Shown in pieces: positions 1 through 9,699 of a DNA stretch of 17,514 nt. Under the pieces are notes generated by a model that worked only from the letters and a program-made list of their open reading frames with translations, made no database searches and was not told the DNA's origin. Origin of the DNA: Gemmatimonadaceae bacterium. GTDB lineage: Bacteria; Gemmatimonadota; Gemmatimonadetes; Gemmatimonadales; Gemmatimonadaceae. Positions within the stretch are counted from its first letter, which is position 1. Each line of letters starts with the position of its first letter. The stretch spans positions 1-17,514 of the forward strand of contig JBBDYA010000102.1 of the NCBI GenBank assembly GCA_040902005.1, read 5' to 3'. Made by a program: the position numbers and the translations under genes.

Positions 1-406
1 CCGCGACGATCACGTCGTCGCTCAGCTGAAAGATCGCCGGGTCCATCACCGCGCCCGCCGTCCCCTCGGCATACGACAGCGCGCGGGCGATGGGGTCGCG
101 CACGGCCGGGTCGAGCGCCTCGAGCAGCGGCTCCCGCCGGTCCGACGCCACGGCGCGTACGATGCCGGCCGCGTCGTCCGCGCGGAGCGAGCCAACGATC
201 GCCGCGCCCTCCCCGGCCGCGAGCTGCGCCAGGCACTCGGCGGCGTACGACACGGTCATGTCGCTCAGCACCCCCGCGGCCGACGTGGCCGGCACGGCGC
301 GCAGCACCGCGGCGGCACGTGCCACCGGCATCTGCTCGAGCGACATCGCCGCGCGCGAGGGGTACGCCACCAGAAATGCGCGGGCGAGCCGTTCCTCCGC
401 GATCAC
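1..406 (-). CDS. MgtE N-terminal (helical repeat) / CBS domain protein, 3'-truncated by window edge
   Basis: Not in the ORF track; translated by hand from GTG at 406, which overlaps the upstream TGA (GTGA): MIAEERLARAFLVAYPSRAAMSLEQMP...LRADDAAGIVRAV...EPLLEALDPAVRDPIARALSYAEGTAGAVMDPAIFQLSDDVIVA. The 'DDAA..L..L', 'LL..L' and 'Y.E.TAG..M' motifs match the MgtE_N to CBS junction. The frame is open to the window start. Confidence 0.8.
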   Translation of the reverse strand, partial: MIAEERLARAFLVAYPSRAAMSLEQMPVARAAAVLRAVPATSAAGVLSDMTVSYAAECLAQLAAGEGAAIVGSLRADDAAGIVRAVASDRREPLLEALDPAVRDPIARALSYAEGTAGAVMDPAIFQLSDDVIVA

Positions 407-1233
407 GGCGTGTCCCGTTTGACCAGCAGCGTGGACGCCATGTCGCTGAACTGCCGCGCGGGCACGATCGTGCGTCCCTCAGGCACGTCCAGGATGACGG
501 AGGTGGCGGTGAGCTCGGCAATCGTCCCGTCGATGCCGCCGATGCGCACCGTCTGGCCCACCTCGAACGTCTGCCGCAGATAGTGCGAGCCGATGATGTT
601 GCTGATCGCGCCGCGGGCACCAAGGCCGAACGCGAGCGCGAAGCCGCCGAGCAGCGCCGCGAGCGCCACGGAGAAGATGGCCGTGAGGAGGGCGATGTCC
701 ACGCCGAGTTCCGCGACGGCGATGAGGACCGCGGCGGTGACGATCGCGACGCGCACCACGTTCCCCAGCCCGGGACCGAGCGCGGTGCCCGCGCCGGAGG
801 CCGTAGCGGTCACCGCACCGCGCGCCAGGTTGCCCATCACGAGCCCGGCCACGAGGATCAGCACCGCGGCAAACACGCGGGGCACGAAGAGCGACAGGCT
901 GGCGACGACGGAGCTCAGCAGCGCAAGTCCGAGCGCGTCCGCGGCGGTGGCCACGAAGAACAGGAGCACGGCCCAGAACACTACGCCGCCCACGATCTCC
1001 GACACCGGCCGGTCGCGCGCAACGCCCGCGAAGGACGTGCGGAACGCTCGTCCCGGCACCGCGCGCTCGATGGCGGTCACGATGCGCGAGGCAATCAGGC
1101 GCAGCAGGAACGCGAGCACGACGCCCAGCCCCAGCAGGACCGCGGCAGTGATGAGGCGGGACTGGTTGGTGGCAAACCACTGGCCCACGTCCGACACCGA
1201 CTGCTGAACGTTCGAGGCGATTTCGGTCTGCAT
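403..1233 (-). CDS. MscS-family / TM-helix-repeat (CmpX-like) mechanosensitive channel membrane protein, about 276 aa
   Basis: C-terminal part of ORF 403..1647. Start placed at ATG 1233 (alternative 1236), with GGAG about 7 nt upstream. Several hydrophobic helices, then 'ALAFGLGARGAISNIIGSHYLRQTFEVGQTVRIGGIDGTIAELTATSVIL...GRTIVP', typical of MscS TM3 and the beta domain. Confidence 0.85.
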   Translation of the reverse strand: MQTEIASNVQQSVSDVGQWFATNQSRLITAAVLLGLGVVLAFLLRLIASRIVTAIERAVPGRAFRTSFAGVARDRPVSEIVGGVVFWAVLLFFVATAADALGLALLSSVVASLSLFVPRVFAAVLILVAGLVMGNLARGAVTATASGAGTALGPGLGNVVRVAIVTAAVLIAVAELGVDIALLTAIFSVALAALLGGFALAFGLGARGAISNIIGSHYLRQTFEVGQTVRIGGIDGTIAELTATSVILDVPEGRTIVPARQFSDMASTLLVKRDTP

Positions 1234-1288
1234 CATGCGCTCCGGGTGTGTGCGTTCGTTCCGTGCCTTCGATCCAGATTCCCCAGCG

Positions 1289-4200
1289 TCACCGGGGACG
1301 AATGGGTGCCCGCGTGACGAGCACATCGTGACGACGTCCGTCGTCCACCAGTGCGATCTGCCCGCCCGGTGCGTCGCCGCCGTCCACGGTGACGGACGCG
1401 CCGTGCGCGGCGTCCGCGCGGCGCACTGTGATGGCGTACACACTCGTGCCAAAGCGGTACTCGATCGAGTATTCCTCCCAGCGATCGGGCACGCGCGGCT
1501 CGATGCGCAGCGTGTTCCCGCTGCGGACGAAGCCGAGGATGCTCTCGAGCCCCACGCGGTACATCCAGCTCGCGGAGCCAGTGTACCACGTCCAGCCGCC
1601 GCGCCCCAGCTGCCCTTCCGCCGTATACACGTCCGCCGCGACGACATACGGCTCCACCTTGTACGTCGCCACCTCTTGCGGCGTCCGCCCGTGATTGAGG
1701 GGGTTGATCATCTGGTAGAGCTCGAACGCCCGGTCGCCGTCGCCGAGCATCGCGGTGGCCTGCACCACCCACAGCGCCGCGTGCGTATACTGCGCACCGT
1801 TCTCGCGCACGCCGGGCAGGTAGCCCTTGATGTAGCCCGGGTCCTTGGGCGTTTCGTCGAACGGTGGCGCGAGCAGCACGATCAGTTTCGCGTCCTCCCG
1901 CACCAGGTGCGTGTTCACCGACCGCATGGCCTGGCGTTGGCGCTCGGCGTCACCGGCCCCGGAAATCACGCTCCAGCTCTGCGCGATGGAATCGATGCGG
2001 GCCTCCTGGCTGGACGCGGAACCGATCGGCGTTCCGTCGTCGAACCAGGCGCGGCGATACCACTCGCCATCCCATCCGTGCTGCTCCACCGCGGCCGCGT
2101 AGGCGTCGGCCTGCGCGCGCAGTTCCGCGGCTGCTCGCGCATCGCCGCGCCGCTCCACCAGCGGCGCAAAGGCGCGCAGCGTGGCGATGAGGAACCAGGC
2201 GAGCCAGACGCTCTCTCCCTTGCCTTCCACGCCCACGCGGTTCATCCCGTCGTTCCAGTCGCCGACGCCGATGAGCGGCAGGCCACGTTCCCCCGTGGTA
2301 CACGCGCGCTTGAGCGCAAGCATGCAGTGATAGTATACGCTCGCGTCGCCGCCAGCCGGCTGCGGCAGATCGTAGAGCTCGTGCTGCTCCGGCTTGAGCG
2401 CGGGCATCGTGATGAAGTCCGCCGTCTCCTCCAACACCGTCTCGTCGCCCGTGACGCGCACGTAGTGTTCCACCACGAAGGGCAGCCAGGCGAGATCGTC
2501 GGAGAAGCGCGTACGCACGCCGCGGCCGTCCGGCGGGTGCCACCAGTGCTGCACGTCCCCCTCCACGAACTGCCGGCCCGCGGCGCGCACGATGTGCTCG
2601 CGTGCGATCGCGGGCTCCGCGTACAGGAAGGCCATCACGTCCTGGAGCTGGTCGCGGAACCCGAATGCGCCGCTGCTCTGGTAGACCGCCGCGCGCCCCC
2701 ACATCCGGCAGGAGAGCGCCTGGTACAGCGACCACCGGTTCATCATCGCGTCGAAGGCCGGCTCCGGCGTGCGCACGGTGACCGCGGACAGCCGTCGCTG
2801 CCACTCGGTGGCGGCCGCTCCGAGCGCCGCGGATGCGCGGCCGACGTCGCGATACGCTGCCAGCAGCGCCGTCGCACCCGCGTCGGAGTCGGCCGCGCCA
2901 AGGATCGCGACCAGCTCGCGCGTCTCACCGGGCTGGAGAACGAGCACGCACTGGAGCGCCGCGCACGGATCGCACCCCGCCACCGTGCTGCCGGACAGTG
3001 ACGTGCCGGCGCGCAGCGCGGCTGGATCCGCGAGTGATCCGTTGCGCCCGAGAAACTCGCGCCGGTCGCCGGTGAATCCGGCCAGCGGCTCGCTCAGCGC
3101 CGCGAAGGCCCGCAGGTGCGCGAACGACGGGTTGAACGCGTTGCGCGCGACGACGGCTTCCTGCTCCCGGTCGAACCCAACCAGCACCTGGTGCTGCGTG
3201 TGCTCGCGCAGCGCGCCGAGCGCCCATTCGGCATACGCCGTCACGGCGAGGCGCCGCGGCCGCGCGTCGTGGTTGGTCACGTTCAGCAGCGAGATCCGGA
3301 CCGGGTCCGTCGCGGCCATACCCATCACGAGCCGCGTGGTGATGCCGTCGCGACGATGGTCGAAGGTGGTGGAGCCCGCTGAGTGGCGCACCGTGTACGG
3401 CTCGCCGCTCCACACCGGCGCGGGGGTCGCGCTCCACAGCTCGCCGCTCTCGTCGTCGCGAAGATAGAGCGCGTCGCTCGGCGCGTCGGTCACCGGGTCG
3501 TTGTGCCAGGGCGTGAGCCGGAAGAACTGGGCATTGCCCACCCAGCTGCACCCCGCGCCGCGCTCCGTGACGATGAAGCCGCCGCGCGCGTTAGCGATCA
3601 CGTTCGCCCATGGTGCCGGGGGAAGCGCGTCGCCGTGCACGAGCATCTCGTAGTCGCCGTTCTCCACCAGGCCGCCGATGCCGTTGTCCAGCAGGCGAGG
3701 CGAGGCCCGCGGCACCTGCGCCGCCTGTGCGGCCAGCGCGCGGAGGACCAGCGACGGGCGGAGCGGCCCGGAGGGTGACTCGCCGCGGGCAGGGGCGCGC
3801 ACGCGGCGCACGTCCACGGGCGCGAACTCGGGCCGCTGCCCCGACGCGCGCGCGCGCGACGGCAGCGTGAGCTGCTCCTCCTCGACTTCCTCGCTGGCGC
3901 GCCACGTTTCCGCGATCATCCCCAGCGAACGCCCGTCGCAGTCGATGCAGACGCGCGCGGTGGCGCGCAGCATCGCGAGGTCGTCCGGGTTGACCTGATC
4001 GCTGCGGCGGATGAACACGCCCCCGGGCTGCTCGATGGCGGCCGAGTCGCTGGACGCGAACATCGCCGCGTTGATCCGCTCATGCAGATCCTGGAGATAG
4101 CCGGACGGATGCTCGTTGAGGATCACGAGGTCCACCATCATGCCGCGCCGCCGCCAGTAGTGGTGCGCGGCAAACAGCTGCGCGATGGTCGGCAGCCCGT

Positions 4201-7200
4201 CCACTCCGCGAATGCTGGCCAGGAGAATGGGCCAGTCGCCCGAGATGCCCTGCGACCAGAGCAGCGGCTGTCCGCGATGATTCTCCCGCAGCTCGGCCTC
4301 CGGAATGCGCGCGGCGGGGTTGGGATACAACAGATGCCCGGCGATCTCCTGGAAGATGGCCGCGTCCGATGGCGACACGCCGAGCTCGCGCAACTCCACC
4401 TGGGTGGACGTCCACGCAAGGTCGAGCGCGCGCTGCGCGGTGCTGGGGTTGTGGTAGCGATCGGCCAGCACGTAGGCGCGTTTGGCGTTGTCCGCCACCA
4501 GTGTGGTAAACGCGACGGACGCCGACTGGCCGGGGTCCAGCCGCACGCGCACGCGGATCGCGAAGATCGGATCGAGCACGGCGCCGATGCTGCCGGACAG
4601 CGCGCCGTCGTGCTCGAGCGCCGCGGGATCGCGCGTGCCGCGTCCGCGACCCAGAAAGCGCGCGCGGTCCGTCTCGAAGCTGGGGTCGCCCACCCGCTCG
4701 GCGCCGCCGGAATCCACCACATGCACGCACCAGAGCGACGCTTCACTGGCGGAGCGCGGCCGCCGCGTCGCCGTCAGCGCAGAACACCAGGCATGCCATT
4801 CGGTCTCGACGAAGAGGTTCGAAAAGGCCGGATGCTGCCGGTCAGCCGCCGGTGGCGCGATCGTGATCTCGCCGTAGCTGGTGAGCTCGAGCACCCGAAC
4901 CGCGTCCGTGTCATTGGTGACGGTCACGCGCCGCACCTCGGCGGCGTCCTCAGGCACGACGACCACTTCCGTACGCGTGTCGATGCCGAGCTCACGCCGA
5001 TGGAAGGTGACGCGATCGGTGGCGAGCTGCGCCTGGTACCATTCCGCGGGCGCGCACACGGGCTGGTGCGCGGCGGACCAGACCTGGCCGCCCTCCACGT
5101 CCTTCACGTAGCAGAACTGGCCAGTGGCATCGGCGGTGCCGTCCGCGCGCCACCGGGTGACTGCGAGGTCCCCGAAGCGACTGTAGCCGCCGCCGCCGTG
5201 GCTGATCATGAGCGTGTACGGCAGCCGCCCGAGCAGCGCAATGTGCGGCTGCGGGGTGTCCGGCGTGTCGATCTCGCGAACGACGGGACGCTCGAGCGCC
5301 GGGTCGGGCAGGGCCTGTTCCGGACGCACGGGGCGCGGCTCCTGGAGCACGAGCCGCCGCGGAATGCGCTCGTGCAGGAGCAGCTCCACCGAGCGCACCA
5401 GCGGATCTGCATGAAACCGCTGCTGCCAGACGCGGCCGGTGAGCGCGTTGGTCATCGCCACGAGGGACATGCCGATGTGGTGCGCCATGAAGTTGCGCAC
5501 GAGCGCGTAGCGGTTGCCCGGCTCGGGCCGCGTGTAGTCCAGCGCGTCGTAGAAGCCGTACTCGCCGAGCGCCCCCTTGGCTTCCATGGCCCCGAGGTTC
5601 GCCAGCGCGCGTTCCGGCTCCACGGCCAGCGCGAGCGCGGCGGCGTACGGCGCGACGACAAGGTCGCTCCCGATGCGACGCTCGAGCGCGAGGTCCGGCA
5701 CGCCAAAGGCGCGGTACTGATAGGTGTGATGCCGGTCGCGCAGGTTGTACGCGCTCTCGCTGGTGCCCCAGGGCACGCCGTGGCCGGCGCCGAAGGCGAT
5801 CTGCCGCCGCACCGCGCTGCGATACGTCTGGTCCAGCAGCGTGAACGGAAACGACCGCATCACGAGGGTAGGCATCAGGTACTCGAACATGCTGCCGCTC
5901 CACGACACCAGCGCCGTGGAGCCCGACGTGCGTGTGAGCGTGCGGCCCAGGTGGAACCAGTGATCCACCGGAACGTCGTTGCGCGCGATGGCGATGAAGC
6001 TGGCCAGCCGTGCCTCGGACGCGAGCAGGTCATAGAACGACGTGTCCAGCGAGTGATTGGCCTGCTGGTATCCGATCGCGAACAGCTCGCGCCGCTGGTC
6101 GTACAGGAACTTGAAGTCCATCTCGGCGGCGAAGTCATCGGCGCGCTGGGCCAAAGCACGCAGCTGCGTGCTCAGTTCCGCCGCCTCAGGCGGCTGTTGG
6201 GACGCGATGGCGATGAGCGCCTGCCGCACCGCGATCAGGTGTCCCGCGAGATTGCCACTGTCCACGGTGGAGATGTACGGCGGCTCCAGGACGCGCAGGT
6301 CGTGCAGGTCGTACCAGTTGTACAGATGCCCGCGAAACCTCCGCAGGCGTTCCATGGACCGCATCGCCAGCTCGAGCAGGCGGGCCATCTCCTGCGCCGC
6401 GATGAACCCCAGGTCGTGCGCGGACACGGTGGAGAGCAACTGCAGGCCGATGTTGGTGGGCGACGTGCGCATGGCGACCACCAGATCCGGACTCTCCTGC
6501 ACGTTGTCCGGCGCGAGCCAGTGGGTGGTCTCCGACAGGAACCGCTCGTAGTAGCCCCAGTGCAGCCCCGCATAGCGCCGCAGGATCGCGCGCTCGTGCT
6601 CGGTGAGGTCGCGCTCGCGCTCCACGGCCGGCGCGCCGAGCGCGTGCGCGATGGCAGGCGACGCGATCCAGAGCAGGAACAGGGGGATGAGCGCGGGCGT
6701 CGAGCGTCCCAGCGCCACGAGCAGCGCCAGCGCGACGATCGGCACGGGCCACATGGCGCGCAGGGGCACCTTGAAGCTGCGGCGATGGCGGCGCTCCACG
6801 TGCAGCGCCGACTGCCACTCGAGCAGGCGGCGCCTGGAGACCAGCAGACGCCAGAGCGTTCGCGCGATGCCGTCGAGCGAGATCCACGCCTGGTGCGGCA
6901 GGAACGCGATCGTGAGCGCGACCTGGCCGGCGCTGGTTGCAGCATCGCGCCCGACCGCGGCGTAGTAGGCCCGCCACGACTTGTCGAACGGTGGACGGAA
7001 CAGCGCGATCAGGAGCGCGATGATCCACGGCGCGGACAGCGCGAGGAGCGCCAGCACGGTCCAGCGTTCGCGCGTGCCGGGCAGGAGCCACCACCCCGCC
7101 ACGAGCAGCACCGCGATGGAGATCTCGAACGCGCTGCGCCGCAGATTGTCGAAGATCTTCCAGCGCGAGAGCAGCGAGAGTCGGTTGGGCTCGGGACCAT

Positions 7201-9640
7201 CCGGCCCCGGCACGCGCGGCGTGAGCCACTGGAGCAGCTGCCAGTCGCCGCGCAGCCAACGGTGCTTGCGCCGCGTGAAGGTGAGATACTGCGTGGGGTA
7301 ATCGTCGTAGACCGTGATGTCAGTGGCGAGCCCCGCGCGCGCGTAGTTCCCCTCGATGAGGTCGTGCGAGAGCAACCGGTTCTCGGGAAAGCGGCCGTGC
7401 GTCGCGCGCTCGAAGACGTCTACGTCATAGATGCCCTTCCCGGTGAAGCTTCCCTCACCGAACAGGTCCTGATAGACATCGCTGACGGCGGTGGTGTACG
7501 GATCCACGCCGGGCTGCCCGGACTGGATGGCCGCGAAACGCGAGCGGTTCGCGCTGGGCAGCGACACGCCCACGCGCGGCTGGAGTATGCCGTAGCCGCG
7601 CACCACGCGGCCGAGCGCCTCATCGTACACGCCCCGGTTCAGCGGATGCGCGATGGTGCCCACGAGAAGCGGCGCGGCGTCCGGAGGCAGCACCGTGTCC
7701 GAGTCCAGCGTGATGACGTAGCGCACGCTGCGCAGGATCTCCGTGTTCCCGATGGTCGTGGAGAACGCGCCCGCCGCCGCCGCGCCACCGCGCAGGAAGC
7801 GGTTGAACTCGGACAGCTTGCCGCGCTTCCGCTCCCACCCCATCCACACGCCCTGCGCCGGATTCCACCGGCGCTCGCGGTGCAGGAGGAAGAAGGCATC
7901 CTGGTTCTGCGGCGCGTAGCGCGCGTTGAGCTCCTGCACGCCGTGCACCGCGGCCCGCAGGATGTCGGCGTCCCCGTCCACGTGCTCGGCGTCCGCGTCG
8001 GTATAGTCGCTGAGGATCGCGAAGTGGAGGTGCGCCTCCCGATTGGCGAGGAACTGCACCTCGATCGTCTCCAGCGCGTCTACCACCGCCTCCACGCTGC
8101 CGAACAGCGTGGGAATCACCACCGCGGTGCGCAGCTCGGGCGGCACGCCGGTTTCGCGCAGCTCGAGCTTGGGCAGCACGGCCGGCGGCAGGAACGCGAC
8201 GATGAGCCGGTTCATCATGCTCAACGCGATCTCGCTGGCCGGGATCAGTCCCAGCAGGGCCACGGCTATCCAGCCCCGCAGGGTCTCCGCGCCGCTGAGC
8301 CAGAGCAGCGCGGCGATCGCGACCGCCGTGCCGGCAGACACCCCGCCAACAAAGATCAGATTCGGATGCTTCAGCACCCATCGGTGAAGTGCTTCGCCCG
8401 GACGGGAGCGATATCCCGTAAGCCGCTCGAGTTCGGGAAGTCCGTCGTCGATGAGATAGTAGCCGACGTGCGCGCGGACATCCGTGTCGGACGCCTCGCG
8501 TGCCTGGCGCGCCAGCTGCACCGCCTCGTACGCCACCTCGGACTCGTGGGTCTTCGTCCGCTCCGCGATACGCTCCACCACGTGCCGATAATGGTCGCGC
8601 GTGGCGAACGTCATCCGCGAGTAGTCGCCCGACGGATCCCCCCGCAGCACACCGTCCATCACGCTCTGGCGCTCGACGAACTCGCGCCAATCCATGCGCG
8701 CGATCGAGCGCAGGCTCGTGATGCTGTTCGCCATGACGACCTGCGTGATCGCCAGGCGCTGCGTGGAGAGCGTGGCCGCCTCCTCGCCCGCCATGCCCTC
8801 CTCCGCGATCCACTGCTCCAACCAGCCGAGCGGCGCGAACGCGTCGCGGGCCTGCCGCAGGCGCTGGAGAAACCGGGCGATGAAGATCGCGCTCAACGGA
8901 AGTCCCCGGTCCACCAGCCCGGCGAGCGCCCGGCTCAACGCATCCTCGCTTCCCCCCTCCCCGGCCTTGCTGGCCTCCAACAGCCCGCTCGCCATGCGGT
9001 CCGCGCGCTCCACCTCGTCCAGCCGCTGCACGGTGCGCAGCGTCATCCGTCGCACGTTCTCGATGAGTCCCAGCCGCAGCACCGCCGGAACCGCCCACAG
9101 CTCCCCGACTCGCAGCGGCGCGACGTCCTGAAAGGCGCTCACCACCGTGTGCACGTTGTCGAGATCGATGCGCCCTTCCGTGTGCGAGATCAGCGTGATC
9201 GCCAGCTCGTACACGCGCGGATAGCCCGCGAGCGTTCCCGAGGCGAGCTCCGGCAGCTCGCGATAGTACCCGCTCGGCAGGCTCGCGCGCACTTCGCGGA
9301 TGTGCTCCTGGACCACGAAATAGTTGTCCAGCAGCCAGTCGCCGGCCGGGCCAACGTCGCTGCCCTCCTCCACCGCCTCCGTGAGCCGGCGGTGCGCGAC
9401 GTCCAGAATCCGCTTCGTCTCCTTCAGGCGCGACAGCAGCGGCGACGTGCGCCAGAAGCGCTTGCCCTTGCGCAGCCGCTCCGACCTGGCCACGGCGCGC
9501 GCGCGTTCCGCGAGCTGCTCGGCGCCCAGCAACTCGCCCCGGATGGGGCCCGCGAGCAGCTCGGCACGCACGTCGGACGCCCGGGAAAACACGTGCGAAA
9601 GGAACCGGGGGCGTGCCGTGGCGCGAGTGCGATTGGGCAT
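1289..9640 (-). CDS. ndvB: Cyclic beta-1,2-glucan synthase (Cgs/NdvB/ChvB): GT84 + membrane region + cyclisation (glucoamylase-like) domain + GH94 phosphorylase domain
   Basis: 2783-aa ORF. Motifs: WLLDNY, GWERKRGKL, TLDSDT (~7700), GEGSFTGKGIYD, LLSHDLIEG (~7360), RKHRWLRGDWQL (~7255), RTSPTNIG, YDLLASEARL (~6020), WSGSMFEYLMP (~5890), YQSSGAFGFRDQLQD, GDWNDGMN (~2250), GYIKGYLPGVRENGAQYTHAA, GRGGWTWYTGSASWMY. Size and domain order match known Cgs proteins. Confidence 0.95.
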   Translation of the reverse strand: MPNRTRATARPRFLSHVFSRASDVRAELLAGPIRGELLGAEQLAERARAVARSERLRKGKRFWRTSPLLSRLKETKRILDVAHRRLTEAVEEGSDVGPAGDWLLDNYFVVQEHIREVRASLPSGYYRELPELASGTLAGYPRVYELAITLISHTEGRIDLDNVHTVVSAFQDVAPLRVGELWAVPAVLRLGLIENVRRMTLRTVQRLDEVERADRMASGLLEASKAGEGGSEDALSRALAGLVDRGLPLSAIFIARFLQRLRQARDAFAPLGWLEQWIAEEGMAGEEAATLSTQRLAITQVVMANSITSLRSIARMDWREFVERQSVMDGVLRGDPSGDYSRMTFATRDHYRHVVERIAERTKTHESEVAYEAVQLARQAREASDTDVRAHVGYYLIDDGLPELERLTGYRSRPGEALHRWVLKHPNLIFVGGVSAGTAVAIAALLWLSGAETLRGWIAVALLGLIPASEIALSMMNRLIVAFLPPAVLPKLELRETGVPPELRTAVVIPTLFGSVEAVVDALETIEVQFLANREAHLHFAILSDYTDADAEHVDGDADILRAAVHGVQELNARYAPQNQDAFFLLHRERRWNPAQGVWMGWERKRGKLSEFNRFLRGGAAAAGAFSTTIGNTEILRSVRYVITLDSDTVLPPDAAPLLVGTIAHPLNRGVYDEALGRVVRGYGILQPRVGVSLPSANRSRFAAIQSGQPGVDPYTTAVSDVYQDLFGEGSFTGKGIYDVDVFERATHGRFPENRLLSHDLIEGNYARAGLATDITVYDDYPTQYLTFTRRKHRWLRGDWQLLQWLTPRVPGPDGPEPNRLSLLSRWKIFDNLRRSAFEISIAVLLVAGWWLLPGTRERWTVLALLALSAPWIIALLIALFRPPFDKSWRAYYAAVGRDAATSAGQVALTIAFLPHQAWISLDGIARTLWRLLVSRRRLLEWQSALHVERRHRRSFKVPLRAMWPVPIVALALLVALGRSTPALIPLFLLWIASPAIAHALGAPAVERERDLTEHERAILRRYAGLHWGYYERFLSETTHWLAPDNVQESPDLVVAMRTSPTNIGLQLLSTVSAHDLGFIAAQEMARLLELAMRSMERLRRFRGHLYNWYDLHDLRVLEPPYISTVDSGNLAGHLIAVRQALIAIASQQPPEAAELSTQLRALAQRADDFAAEMDFKFLYDQRRELFAIGYQQANHSLDTSFYDLLASEARLASFIAIARNDVPVDHWFHLGRTLTRTSGSTALVSWSGSMFEYLMPTLVMRSFPFTLLDQTYRSAVRRQIAFGAGHGVPWGTSESAYNLRDRHHTYQYRAFGVPDLALERRIGSDLVVAPYAAALALAVEPERALANLGAMEAKGALGEYGFYDALDYTRPEPGNRYALVRNFMAHHIGMSLVAMTNALTGRVWQQRFHADPLVRSVELLLHERIPRRLVLQEPRPVRPEQALPDPALERPVVREIDTPDTPQPHIALLGRLPYTLMISHGGGGYSRFGDLAVTRWRADGTADATGQFCYVKDVEGGQVWSAAHQPVCAPAEWYQAQLATDRVTFHRRELGIDTRTEVVVVPEDAAEVRRVTVTNDTDAVRVLELTSYGEITIAPPAADRQHPAFSNLFVETEWHAWCSALTATRRPRSASEASLWCVHVVDSGGAERVGDPSFETDRARFLGRGRGTRDPAALEHDGALSGSIGAVLDPIFAIRVRVRLDPGQSASVAFTTLVADNAKRAYVLADRYHNPSTAQRALDLAWTSTQVELRELGVSPSDAAIFQEIAGHLLYPNPAARIPEAELRENHRGQPLLWSQGISGDWPILLASIRGVDGLPTIAQLFAAHHYWRRRGMMVDLVILNEHPSGYLQDLHERINAAMFASSDSAAIEQPGGVFIRRSDQVNPDDLAMLRATARVCIDCDGRSLGMIAETWRASEEVEEEQLTLPSRARASGQRPEFAPVDVRRVRAPARGESPSGPLRPSLVLRALAAQAAQVPRASPRLLDNGIGGLVENGDYEMLVHGDALPPAPWANVIANARGGFIVTERGAGCSWVGNAQFFRLTPWHNDPVTDAPSDALYLRDDESGELWSATPAPVWSGEPYTVRHSAGSTTFDHRRDGITTRLVMGMAATDPVRISLLNVTNHDARPRRLAVTAYAEWALGALREHTQHQVLVGFDREQEAVVARNAFNPSFAHLRAFAALSEPLAGFTGDRREFLGRNGSLADPAALRAGTSLSGSTVAGCDPCAALQCVLVLQPGETRELVAILGAADSDAGATALLAAYRDVGRASAALGAAATEWQRRLSAVTVRTPEPAFDAMMNRWSLYQALSCRMWGRAAVYQSSGAFGFRDQLQDVMAFLYAEPAIAREHIVRAAGRQFVEGDVQHWWHPPDGRGVRTRFSDDLAWLPFVVEHYVRVTGDETVLEETADFITMPALKPEQHELYDLPQPAGGDASVYYHCMLALKRACTTGERGLPLIGVGDWNDGMNRVGVEGKGESVWLAWFLIATLRAFAPLVERRGDARAAAELRAQADAYAAAVEQHGWDGEWYRRAWFDDGTPIGSASSQEARIDSIAQSWSVISGAGDAERQRQAMRSVNTHLVREDAKLIVLLAPPFDETPKDPGYIKGYLPGVRENGAQYTHAALWVVQATAMLGDGDRAFELYQMINPLNHGRTPQEVATYKVEPYVVAADVYTAEGQLGRGGWTWYTGSASWMYRVGLESILGFVRSGNTLRIEPRVPDRWEEYSIEYRFGTSVYAITVRRADAAHGASVTVDGGDAPGGQIALVDDGRRHDVLVTRAPIRPR

Positions 9641-9661
9641 GGCGGTAAGCTACTTACCGCC
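9641..9661. promoter_or_regulatory. Perfect 9-3-9 inverted repeat (GGCGGTAAG-cta-CTTACCGCC) containing the putative -10 box (TAGCTT, minus strand) of cgs
   Basis: The palindrome abuts the cgs start codon. The minus strand reads ggcggtaag-TAGCTT-accgcc-ATG. Confidence 0.6.
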
Positions 9662-9693
9662 CGGCGCGGTACGCTCCGGACCCGGGGGCCACG

Positions 9694-9699
9694 TAGGTT
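9694..9699 (+). promoter_or_regulatory. Putative -10 box (TAGGTT) of a leaderless transcript for the HI0933-family gene
   Basis: TAGGTT-tgttgc-ATG (6-nt spacing); no Shine-Dalgarno sequence before ATG 9706. Confidence 0.5.

Noticed and set aside
1237..1647. Longer N-terminus of the MscS-like ORF, and likewise the extensions 11817-12245, 13097-13492 and 17084-17146 of other ORFs
   Set aside because: They overlap neighbouring genes or promoters and have non-protein-like composition; internal starts have better RBS, overlap or -10 support.
1289..5450. Separate cellobiose/chitobiose phosphorylase gene
   Set aside because: The GH94 region is in frame with, and a normal C-terminal part of, the Cgs polypeptide.
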